Assembly: GCA_964588985.1 (NCBI GenBank)
Contig: CAZPQW010000009.1
Span: 60,459-124,458, forward strand
Direction: 5' to 3'
DNA from: an uncultured Solirubrobacteraceae bacterium
GTDB lineage: Bacteria > Actinomycetota > Thermoleophilia > Solirubrobacterales > Solirubrobacteraceae
Length of the DNA: 64,000 nt
Shown: positions 9,747 through 17,740 of the stretch, piece after piece
Layout: each line of letters opens with the position of its first letter
Numbering within the stretch: position 1 is the stretch's first letter
The notes under the pieces: model-generated
Database searches by the model: none
Told to the model about the DNA's origin: nothing
The model's input: the letters and a program-made list of their open reading frames with translations, nothing else
Position numbers and translations under genes: made by a program

Positions 9747-10940
9747 CTACCTATCGCGATCGGCGACGAATCCGCGCAGGCGACGCTCTACGAACTGCGA
9801 CGGGCGCCAACCGCGACGAAGGACATCTTGGAGGAAGTCTGCGGTCCCGATGATGGGTCCAGCCGCGATGCCAATAGGACCAGTCAATGCCACCCCAGCG
9901 GCGGTGCTTGCTCCCGTGACCGTGAGAAACCGGACTGTCTTGGCCGGAAGGCTGTCAGCCCAAGTCTCAGCCGTGCAAGCCTTCAGGTACTCGCGGGCTA
10001 GCTGATGATCCTCATCAAGGTCGGAGAGCCAGGATCGAAAGCGGTCAGCTCGCTCGGCAAGGTCCAACGCTTCTAGCAGCGAGCGCTGTCCGGAGTTTAC
10101 GGCCTCCCGCACCGAGCGAGCTTCGTCAAATACGAGATCCTGAAAGTCGTGCTGAGCGTCCGCCGATCGCTCGCGCGCTAGCAGGGCCTCCGTCTTTGTC
10201 CGAAGTATCCTGGCCGAGAAAGGGTTCGTAATCATCTCGGATGCGAAGTGTCCCGCAAAGGCCATCTCCTCATTTGCCCCCAAAATCCACCCGAGCACAT
10301 CGCTTGGCCCAATTTGGGACTCAGACTTCGCGCGCCAGTGCCGGTTGACGAGTGACCAGTCAAGGTTCGTCCGGATCTTGACACGCTCTTCCTCGGCCGC
10401 TTCGATCTCGAACACGAATTGCTCAGGGAGGTTGTAGTTCGGGGCCATGAATCCGATCACATCGCGAATGAGACTCGCGACGTAGTCGGCATTTAGAGCA
10501 TCGGCGGTGGCCGATGCGTGGATTCCTGCATCGAGCCCCACATCACCAACATGGTTCAGAAACCTAGCGGCTAGCCGGCGGCCTCGCCCGGACTTGCCAG
10601 TAGCTAGACGAAAATCCTCCACAGCGAGGCGCTCGATCGCTGTGTGCGGCATTTCCACCACACCCAGAAAGAACCGCTCTGTTGGTGTATTGGCATCCTC
10701 GGTCATCACCCCCGTGAATTGATTGCAGTACGAGAACGAAACCCTCTCCGATTCGACGAGTCTGAGAAATCCGTCAATCCCCAAGCTCGCAAACAACGCT
10801 TGAAAGACGCTTCTGTCAGCAACAATGTCAACTCGCCCATAGAACAAGAGCGCCTCTGCGACCAGCCCAAGGTCTAGACGCGCCTCGTCTTCGGCAATGC
10901 CAGTACGCCGGACACACACGGAGTCGAACATCTGTGGCAT
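9747..10940 (-). CDS. Hypothetical protein (397 aa), islet cargo
   Basis: Long ORF with globular-protein composition and AT-richer codons than the host; no motif recognised. Confidence 0.85.
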   Translation of the reverse strand: MPQMFDSVCVRRTGIAEDEARLDLGLVAEALLFYGRVDIVADRSVFQALFASLGIDGFLRLVESERVSFSYCNQFTGVMTEDANTPTERFFLGVVEMPHTAIERLAVEDFRLATGKSGRGRRLAARFLNHVGDVGLDAGIHASATADALNADYVASLIRDVIGFMAPNYNLPEQFVFEIEAAEEERVKIRTNLDWSLVNRHWRAKSESQIGPSDVLGWILGANEEMAFAGHFASEMITNPFSARILRTKTEALLARERSADAQHDFQDLVFDEARSVREAVNSGQRSLLEALDLAERADRFRSWLSDLDEDHQLAREYLKACTAETWADSLPAKTVRFLTVTGASTAAGVALTGPIGIAAGPIIGTADFLQDVLRRGWRPSQFVERRLRGFVADRDR

Positions 10941-10977
10941 CGTGCCACGAGCACCCGATCGATCGGCTCGACAGTTG

Positions 10978-11160
10978 CTAGATGGCGACCATGAGCGCCC
11001 GAGCGTCGATCGCGGGCGGCGGCGGCGCCGGGGTGATGCTCCCCGCCCACGTCTGCGAGTCGATCACGATGCGGGGTTCGAGCACCGGCGGCTCGTCAGG
11101 GTCTCCGATCAGGAGGCGATCTCCAACGGCGGGCCCGTCAACTTGCCTGAGTACGAACAT
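10978..11160 (-). CDS. Small hypothetical ORF (60 aa) starting within an SOS box
   Basis: ATG TTC G start overlaps the LexA box; coding potential uncertain. Confidence 0.35.
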   Translation of the reverse strand: MFVLRQVDGPAVGDRLLIGDPDEPPVLEPRIVIDSQTWAGSITPAPPPPAIDARALMVAI

Positions 11161-11168
11161 ACGTTCGA
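11153..11168. promoter_or_regulatory. LexA (SOS) box
   Basis: ACGAACATACGTTCGA matches the Gram-positive/actinobacterial CGAAC-N4-GTTCG consensus. Confidence 0.7.
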
Positions 11169-11207
11169 GGAAAGCAGATCGAGGGCTCCCGTACAAGATC
11201 AGGCGCC

Positions 11208-11573
11208 CAGGCTCTGGAGGCCGGAGTCGAGCCCGACGTAGTGCAGGCGCGGATCAACGAACTCAAGGCCGAGAAGGCGGCGGCGCAGGCGTCCCTGCCG
11301 AAGCTCGGACTGGCACCCGAACGCCAAGACCCGGCAGCGGTGCTCGATCAGGTGCCCGATCTCTCCGAGTGGCTACGCAATGCCGACGACGAGACCAAAC
11401 GCGCCCTGTTCGACGCTTTCGATCTGCGCGCCGTCTACGACAAGGCGAACGATCGGCTCTCGATCAGCGCCACACTGACCGAGACCGTCGCCACCATGCT
11501 GAGGACCGGCCTACAGCCGTTGTCCTCAACGTCACTCCGGGGGTGGGACTCGAACCCACAACTTCGAAGTTAA
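11208..11573 (+). pseudogene. C-terminal fragment of a large serine recombinase reading into the antisense tRNA-Asn 3' end
   Basis: QALEAGVEPDVVQARINELKAEK coiled coil, TKRALFDAFDLRAVYD; the terminus SLRGWDSNPQ is encoded by the tRNA T-arm; no catalytic domain present. Confidence 0.65.
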
Positions 11574-11607
11574 CAGCTTCGCACTCTGCCAATTGAGTTA
11601 CCCCGGA
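11535..11607 (-). tRNA. tRNA-Asn(GTT)
   Basis: TCCGGGGTAACTCAATTGGCAGAGTGCGAAGCTGTTAACTTCGAAGTTGTGGGTTCGAGTCCCACCCCCGGAG; cloverleaf, loop CTGTTAA, discriminator G73. Confidence 0.95.
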
Positions 11608-11629
11608 CCGCCACTTGAGCTACCCCGGA
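11608..11629 (-). repeat. Diverged tandem copy of the first 22 nt of tRNA-Asn
   Basis: TCCGGGGTAGCTCAAGTGGCGG vs TCCGGGGTAACTCAATTGGCAG (19/22 identical), directly abutting the tRNA. Confidence 0.85.
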
Positions 11630-12339
11630 GGGCGCCCAACCAACGCGTCGACCGGAACGGATGTCATCCCGTCCTCGACCTCAGCATGGCAATTAGAGCA
11701 CAGAAGGACGCACTTCCGCGCCTCGGCCCGCAACGTCTCGAGCGCAAGCGCCACGCCCTTCGCGTTGATCTCGTGTCGCTTCTGCGACGGCTCGACGTGA
11801 TGGAAGTGGAGCGCGCGCATGTTTTGGCCGTATCCGCATACGCAGCACGCGCCGCCGGCCTCCTCGACGAGGATCGCCTTCATCTTCTTGCGCCTGCGAA
11901 CGACGGCCTCCGATCGGCATCGCTTGCAGCGGTAGTAGCCACGACCATTGATCGAGAAGCCAGTCTCTCCATGCACCCTGCAGCGCATCGTCACCGTGGC
12001 GAGTCCGGCCTCCTTCGCGGCTGTCGCCTGCTCCGCGGGTCGCCTTCCGACGCCGCCCTGCGTCTTGAGCCCATATCTCCTGAGCCAGTGCCGGACCGTC
12101 GGCTTGCTGCGATCAACAGCCTCCGCGATCTGCGCGATGGATGCGCCGCTGTTGACCAACTGCTCGAGCTCTGTGCGCTCAAGCCCACCCCGCGCCGCGT
12201 GCCTCCCCTGCTTGGCGGCCTCCAACCCGTGTTTCTCAACCCAGTACGCGACCGTAGATTCGTGTCGCCCGAACCGCTGGCCTATCGCCGCGAGCGACAG
12301 GCCCTGATCCAGAAGCTGCTCCAAAGACACGCGATCCAT
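11620..12339 (-). CDS. HTH-HTH-zinc finger-HNH endonuclease
   Basis: Two repeated HTH units (GLSLAAIGQRFGRHESTVAYW / GASIAQIAEAVDRSKPTVRHW), CRVHG..RCKRC, and CCVCGY...LHFHH...KCVLLCSNCHAE HNH domain. Confidence 0.85.
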   Translation of the reverse strand: MDRVSLEQLLDQGLSLAAIGQRFGRHESTVAYWVEKHGLEAAKQGRHAARGGLERTELEQLVNSGASIAQIAEAVDRSKPTVRHWLRRYGLKTQGGVGRRPAEQATAAKEAGLATVTMRCRVHGETGFSINGRGYYRCKRCRSEAVVRRRKKMKAILVEEAGGACCVCGYGQNMRALHFHHVEPSQKRHEINAKGVALALETLRAEARKCVLLCSNCHAEVEDGMTSVPVDALVGRPPG

Positions 12340-12453
12340 GCACCCAATTGTCGTCGGCGCATGCGGTCAAATGGCGTGCCAAGTGCGTCAATTCTGTGTC
12401 CAACCTGCGCCAAGTCCGTGACTCGAAGCCGAGCACGACGAGGCCGCCACCCC

Positions 12454-14355
12454 TCAGCCCCTATCCCCCGTCTCCTCCAGCACCCGCCCATACGCCCGAT
12501 CGAACTCCAGCTTGATCTTGGCCTTGTGCTTGGCCAGGTCGCTCACGTCGCCGTTGTCCTGGCCGCGCGCGCGCTGGATCTGGCGGTCCACCCTCGCGAG
12601 CTCCAGCTGCAGGCGCTGCACCTCGAGCATCGCCGGGTCCGACTGTTCGCCGCCCGCCTCCACCACCAGCTCAGCCAGCAGCCCCTTCAGCTCCGGATCC
12701 TCCTCCAGCGACCCGCCCTCGCCGGGGCGATCGCGCATCGGCTGCTGCAGGCCGCCCTCGCGCAGGCGCCTCGCCGCGCGACGCAGCAGCCCGCTCGAGA
12801 AGTGCTCGTCAACGTCCAGGTCCTCAAGCGCCAGCGCGCCCTCCTGCGGCGAGGCGATGCACAGCGCCAGGAACGCCCGCTCTGTGTCCTCGCGCCGCGA
12901 CAGATCGCCGCCGCGAGGCCGCGGACCTGGCCCAGCGCCGCCGCCACGCTCGACCCGAGCGCCACCGCCGTTCGCCGCATCCGCCCCTGGCCGTCCCCCG
13001 CCCGCGCGCGCTCCACCCTGCCCACCCGCGGCGCCCGCGCCCGCCGCACCGCCACCCCCGCCAGCGAGCAGCGTCTCCGCGAGGCTCTCCGGCAACGCAA
13101 GGCGTCCCGACACGATCCGCGTCAGCTCCATCCGCATCGCGCTCGGCGGGAGCGTCGCGAACACCGGGCGCAGCTGCTCGACGATCCGGTCGCGTCCCTC
13201 CGGGCTCGAGTCGTCGCCGTTCGCGAGCACCCGTTCGACGCGGAAGCGCACGAACGCCACCGCCTTCGACACCAGCGCCGCCATCGCCTCCGCGCCCTCT
13301 CGCTGGATCAGCTCAGCCGGATCCGCGCCCGCTGGCAGCGGCACCACGCGCAGCTCCAGCTTGCGCTTCGCCGCCACCGTCGAGGCCTTCAGCATCGCCT
13401 CCTGACCAGCGCTGTCCGCGTCCAGCGCCAACAGCACCGTCTGCGCCATCCGCGCCAGCTCCCCCACCTGGTCCGCCGTCAGCGCCGTGCCCATCAGACC
13501 GACCGCGTTGCGCATCCCAGCCTGGTGCAGCGCGATCACGTCCGTGTAGCCCTCGCACAGGATCACCTCCCCCGCCTTTGTCGCATGCGCGCGCGCCAGA
13601 TCCGAGCCGTACAGGTGCAGACCCTTGTGGTAGACGTCGTTGTCGGACGTGTTCAGGTACTTCGGTTTCTGTTCCGCTCCCATCGCTCGCGCGCCGAACC
13701 CCAGCACCCGACCGCGCACGTCAGCGAGCGGGAACATGATCCGCGAGCGGAAGCGGTCGTACGGCTGGCCGTTCTGCTTCGAGCGCTGCGCCAGGCCAGT
13801 CGCGTACAGCTCGTCCACCGAGAACCCGCCCCTGCGCGACGCCAGCAGCACGCGATCCCACGCGCTCGGCGCATAGCCCACGCGGAACGCCCGCAGCGAG
13901 GACTCCTCAAGCCCGCGACCCGCGAGGTACTCGCGCGCCGGGGCCGCCTCCTCGGACTCCCACAGGTAGCGCTCGTAGTACGCCGTCGTGCGCGACAGCA
14001 GCTCCAGCAGCCGCTCGCGGCGTTTGCGCAGCTCCGCCGCGCGCGGGTCCTCCGCCTCCAGCTGCAGCTCCACGCCGTAGCGTTCCGCAAGCAGCTCCAG
14101 CGCCCCCTTGAAGTCCACGCCCTCCGTCTCCTGCACGAACGTGAACAGGTCGCCCGAGGCCTGGCAGCCGAAGCAGTAGTACACCTTCTGCGCCGGGTCG
14201 ATCCCGAACGACGGCGTGCGCTCGTCGTGGAACGGGCACAGCCCCTCATACCGCGCCGGACCCGCGCGACGCAGCTCCGTGCGCGCGGAGACGATCTCGA
14301 GGAAGTCCGCCGCGTCGCGCACGCGATCCTTGGACTCGTTGGTATACAGCGCCAC
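12454..14355 (-). CDS. dnaG: DNA primase
   Basis: CPFHDERTPSF zinc finger, PKYLNTS, TOPRIM EGYTDVI and DADSAG. Confidence 0.97.
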   Translation of the reverse strand: MALYTNESKDRVRDAADFLEIVSARTELRRAGPARYEGLCPFHDERTPSFGIDPAQKVYYCFGCQASGDLFTFVQETEGVDFKGALELLAERYGVELQLEAEDPRAAELRKRRERLLELLSRTTAYYERYLWESEEAAPAREYLAGRGLEESSLRAFRVGYAPSAWDRVLLASRRGGFSVDELYATGLAQRSKQNGQPYDRFRSRIMFPLADVRGRVLGFGARAMGAEQKPKYLNTSDNDVYHKGLHLYGSDLARAHATKAGEVILCEGYTDVIALHQAGMRNAVGLMGTALTADQVGELARMAQTVLLALDADSAGQEAMLKASTVAAKRKLELRVVPLPAGADPAELIQREGAEAMAALVSKAVAFVRFRVERVLANGDDSSPEGRDRIVEQLRPVFATLPPSAMRMELTRIVSGRLALPESLAETLLAGGGGGAAGAGAAGGQGGARAGGGRPGADAANGGGARVERGGGAGPGPRPRGGDLSRREDTERAFLALCIASPQEGALALEDLDVDEHFSSGLLRRAARRLREGGLQQPMRDRPGEGGSLEEDPELKGLLAELVVEAGGEQSDPAMLEVQRLQLELARVDRQIQRARGQDNGDVSDLAKHKAKIKLEFDRAYGRVLEETGDRG

Positions 14356-14364
14356 GAGTCGAGG

Positions 14365-15417
14365 CTATCGAGCAAACGCCTGCGGCACCTGCAGGTCGGT
14401 GTACTCCCGTATGCAGTACCTGTCGGTCATCCCAGCGAGATAGTCGGTCACCGCCGCAGCAAGCCACTCCTCATCGCCGGAATCCGCACCCACACGGCCC
14501 CCCGACAGCAGCTCCGGGTGCTCCACGTAGTGCTCGAACAGCCGTCGCACCACCGACGCGATCCTCCTGTGCTCCGCGCGCACCGCCGGCCCGAGGTACA
14601 CGCGCTCGAACATGAAGTCGCGCAGCTCCGCCATCGCCGGGCCCGCGCTCGGGCCCTGGACGATGTCGCCCTCCACCGCCGAGTGCTCCACCATGTCGTG
14701 CACAAGCGCGTCGATCCGCGCCGAGCCGCTCGAGCCGAGCACCGCGATCGGCTCGCTCGGCAGGTCCTCCTCGCGCAAGAGGCCCGCGCGCACCGCGTCG
14801 TCGATGTCGTGGTTTATGTACGCAACGCGGTCGATCACGCGCACGATCCGCCCCTCGAGCGTCTCCGGCGGCTCCGTGCGGCTCGAGTGGTGGGCGATCC
14901 CGTCGCGCACCTGCTCGGTCAGGTTCAGCCCCGCGCCGTCTCGCTCGAGGCGCTCCACGATCCGCAGCGAGTGCTCGTAGTGGCGGAAGTCCTTGCCGAA
15001 GCGCTCTTTGACGCAGCTGTCCAGCACGTCCTCGCCGATGTGCCCGAACGGCGGGTGCCCCAGGTCGTGGCCGAGGCCGATCGCCTCCACCAGGTCCTCG
15101 TTCAGCCCGAGCGCGCGCGCCACCGTGCGCGAGATGCTCGTCACCTCGAGCGTGTGGGTCAGCCGCGTGCGGTAGTGGTCCCCGCGCGGCGCCACGAACA
15201 CCTGCGTCTTGTGCGTCAGCCGACGAAACGCCTTGCTGTGCACGATCCGGTCGCGGTCGCGCTGGAACGGCGTGCGCAGCGAGCAGTCGTCCTCCGCGTG
15301 ATCCCGCAGCGCCGGGTAGGAGCGAGCCGCCAGTGGCGAGAGCAGCCGCTCCTCCTGCGCACGCCAACGCTCAGCAAACCCGGATGCGACGGTGTCCTGC
15401 TCGCTTGCGATGCTCAC
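14365..15417 (-). CDS. dgt: Deoxyguanosinetriphosphate triphosphohydrolase-like protein
   Basis: RTPFQRDRDRIVHSKAFRRL.HKTQVF, RLTHTLEV, GHDLGHPPFGH; start set at GTG 15417. Confidence 0.95.
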   Translation of the reverse strand: MSIASEQDTVASGFAERWRAQEERLLSPLAARSYPALRDHAEDDCSLRTPFQRDRDRIVHSKAFRRLTHKTQVFVAPRGDHYRTRLTHTLEVTSISRTVARALGLNEDLVEAIGLGHDLGHPPFGHIGEDVLDSCVKERFGKDFRHYEHSLRIVERLERDGAGLNLTEQVRDGIAHHSSRTEPPETLEGRIVRVIDRVAYINHDIDDAVRAGLLREEDLPSEPIAVLGSSGSARIDALVHDMVEHSAVEGDIVQGPSAGPAMAELRDFMFERVYLGPAVRAEHRRIASVVRRLFEHYVEHPELLSGGRVGADSGDEEWLAAAVTDYLAGMTDRYCIREYTDLQVPQAFAR

Positions 15418-15463
15418 CGCTCGATTGTCCCACCCGCCGCGGCCGGCGCCCTGCCGCACCCGC

Positions 15464-15823
15464 TCAGCTCTCGCGGTGCCAATCTTTGTGGCCCGTCATG
15501 CGGTTCACCATGTGGCTCCATTTATGGACCGGAGCCGACGGGTCCTCCGTATAGACCGGCGCTCCGCCACCCGGCTGCGGCAGACCCTGCGCCGCCGCCA
15601 GGTCGATGCTCAGGTCCACCCCACGCTCGTGGATGCTCGCCACGTCAGCCGCCTCCACGAACCGCTTGCCGTGGGCGGAGGTCGCGATCACGATGCCGTG
15701 GAAGATGTCCTTCTCCGGTGCAGCCACCACGTGGTGGACCGTCCCGATCTGCTCGCCGTTGGACGCCAGCACGGGCACGCCCTTCTCAAGCACCGTGTAT
15801 GCGATCGGCAGACCCTCGTCCAT
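15464..15823 (-). CDS. Hypothetical protein, PRC-barrel-like
   Basis: GVPVLASNGEQIGTVHHV...IFHGIVI pattern. Confidence 0.7.
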   Translation of the reverse strand: MDEGLPIAYTVLEKGVPVLASNGEQIGTVHHVVAAPEKDIFHGIVIATSAHGKRFVEAADVASIHERGVDLSIDLAAAQGLPQPGGGAPVYTEDPSAPVHKWSHMVNRMTGHKDWHRES

Positions 15824-15829
15824 TCGCGC

Positions 15830-16573
15830 CTACGATACCGCCGCCGGCATCAGCCGCACGTGCGCGTGGTGCTCGAGCGTCGCCGCGATCGCCCGCTCCA
15901 CCTGCCCCAGCGCCGCATCCTCCGCCACCGGCACGTCGCTCAGCGAGCGCCCCAGCGCGTCGGTCATGAACACGTACGCATCCTCGTGCAGCGGGAACGA
16001 GCCCGCCTCGCACGCACCGCACACCACGCCGCCCGCCGCGCCCGAGAAGCCCACCAGGTGCTCGTGCTCACCGCAGCTCGCGCACGCCGCCAGCTGCGGC
16101 GCGAGGCCCGCCGCCAACAGCAGCTTCAGTCGAAACGCCAGCGCCCCCGCGCGCGCAATCGCCGCCGAGCGCTCCCCCTTCCCCGCGCGCTCGTCGAGCA
16201 GAGCGAGCTGGCGGCACAGCAGGTTGAACACGCCCGGGTGCGGCTCTGAGGTCTCGAACAGCCTCCCCACCGCGTCGCACGCGCGCGCCGCCGCGTCCAG
16301 CGCGCGCGCGTCGCCGCGCAGCCGCGCGTGCCCGTCGATCGTCTGCGCGCCCGTCACCGTCAGCAGCTCGCCACGGCCTTCGTGCAGCTCCACGTGGATA
16401 CGGAAGAACGGCTCCAGGCGCCCGCCGAAGCGGCTGCGCGCGCGGCGCACGCCTTTCGCGATCGCACTCACCCGCCCGCGCGCCGGCGTGTACAGGTGCA
16501 GGATGCGGTCCGCCTCGCCGTAGCGCATCGAGCGCAGCACCACCGCTTCGCTCTTCACAGCTCTGCTTGCCAT
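15830..16573 (-). CDS. recO: DNA repair protein RecO
   Basis: VVLRSMRYGEADRIL, AIAKGVRR..SRFGGRLEPF, CxxC zinc motifs. Confidence 0.95.
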   Translation of the reverse strand: MASRAVKSEAVVLRSMRYGEADRILHLYTPARGRVSAIAKGVRRARSRFGGRLEPFFRIHVELHEGRGELLTVTGAQTIDGHARLRGDARALDAAARACDAVGRLFETSEPHPGVFNLLCRQLALLDERAGKGERSAAIARAGALAFRLKLLLAAGLAPQLAACASCGEHEHLVGFSGAAGGVVCGACEAGSFPLHEDAYVFMTDALGRSLSDVPVAEDAALGQVERAIAATLEHHAHVRLMPAAVS

Positions 16574-16633
16574 CTACCCATGTTGATCGATCCGCCCGAC
16601 GGCCCCGTCTCGAGCATCCTCTAACTTGCTCAT

Positions 16634-17428
16634 ATGGAGCCCAAGGAGCTGAACGACAAGCAGTACGAGCGCGAGCTGCTGCGCCTGCAGACCGAGCTCG
16701 TCTACATGCAGGAGTGCATCGTCGCCGACGGCCGGCGGCTCGTCGTGCTGTTCGAGGGGCGCGACACAGCCGGCAAGGACGGCACGATCAAGCGCATCAT
16801 CACGTTCCTCAACCCGCGCACCTGTCGCGTCGTCGCGCTCCCCACACCGAACGAGCGCGAGCGCACCCAGTGGTACTTCCAGCGCTACGCCCCGCACCTG
16901 CCCGCCGCCGGAGAGATCGTGCTGTTCAACCGCTCCTGGTACAACCGCGCCGGCGTCGAGCACGTCATGGGCTACTGCACCGAGGACGAGTACGAAGAGT
17001 TCCTGCGCTTCTGCCCGCTGTTCGAGCAGGCGCTTCAGAACGAAGGCGTCGTGCTCGTCAAGTACTGGCTGTCCGTCAGCGACGAGGAGCAGGAGCGACG
17101 CTTCGAGAAACGGCTGTCGGACCCTCGCAAGCGCTGGAAGTTCAGCCCCACCGACCTGCAGGCCCGCGCGCGCTGGGTCGACTATGCCGAGGCCAAGGAC
17201 AGGATGTTCGCCTACACCGACACCGACGCCAGCCCCTGGTACGTCGTCGAGGGCGACGACAAGCGCAGCGCGCGCCTCAACCTCATCGAGCACCTGCTCT
17301 CGCTGATCCCCTACGAGCACCCCGACAAGGCCAAGAAGCCCAAGCTCCCGCCCCGCCAGGAGCGCAAGTACCTGCGCCCGCCCAAGCACACCGAGCATCT
17401 CGTGCCAGAGCGCTACGTCGTCCGATAG
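16634..17428 (+). CDS. ppk2: Polyphosphate kinase 2
   Basis: FEGRDTAGKDG Walker A, FNRSWYNRAGVE, WYFQRY. Confidence 0.95.
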   Translation: MEPKELNDKQYERELLRLQTELVYMQECIVADGRRLVVLFEGRDTAGKDGTIKRIITFLNPRTCRVVALPTPNERERTQWYFQRYAPHLPAAGEIVLFNRSWYNRAGVEHVMGYCTEDEYEEFLRFCPLFEQALQNEGVVLVKYWLSVSDEEQERRFEKRLSDPRKRWKFSPTDLQARARWVDYAEAKDRMFAYTDTDASPWYVVEGDDKRSARLNLIEHLLSLIPYEHPDKAKKPKLPPRQERKYLRPPKHTEHLVPERYVVR

Positions 17429-17485
17429 CACCCCTTAACGACACGATTTGATTTACCAGCAAAGGCCGCTATACTTTATGAAGTA

Positions 17486-17740
17486 ATGAGTAAGGTGACC
17501 GTTTACACGACCGAGCCGTGCTCCTTCTGCGCGCGCGTCAAGGGGCTTCTGTCCTCGCGCGGGATCGAGTTCAAAGAGGTCAACCTCGCCAAGGACCCCG
17601 ACGGGCGCATGCAGCTCGTGCGCGAGACCGGGATGATGAGCTTCCCGCAGGTGATCGTCGACGGGCAGGTGCTCGGCGGTTTCAGCGAGGTCCAGGCAGC
17701 CGCGGAGAGCGGCCGGTTGGACGAGCTCCTCGCGGCCTAG
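17486..17740 (+). CDS. Glutaredoxin
   Basis: CSFC active site, SFPQV, GG motif. Confidence 0.9.
   Translation: MSKVTVYTTEPCSFCARVKGLLSSRGIEFKEVNLAKDPDGRMQLVRETGMMSFPQVIVDGQVLGGFSEVQAAAESGRLDELLAA

Noticed and set aside
11593-15969. 1458-aa plus-strand ORF
   Set aside because: Antisense shadow of HNH, dnaG, dgt and recO; Arg/Ala-rich with no motifs; typical high-GC artefact
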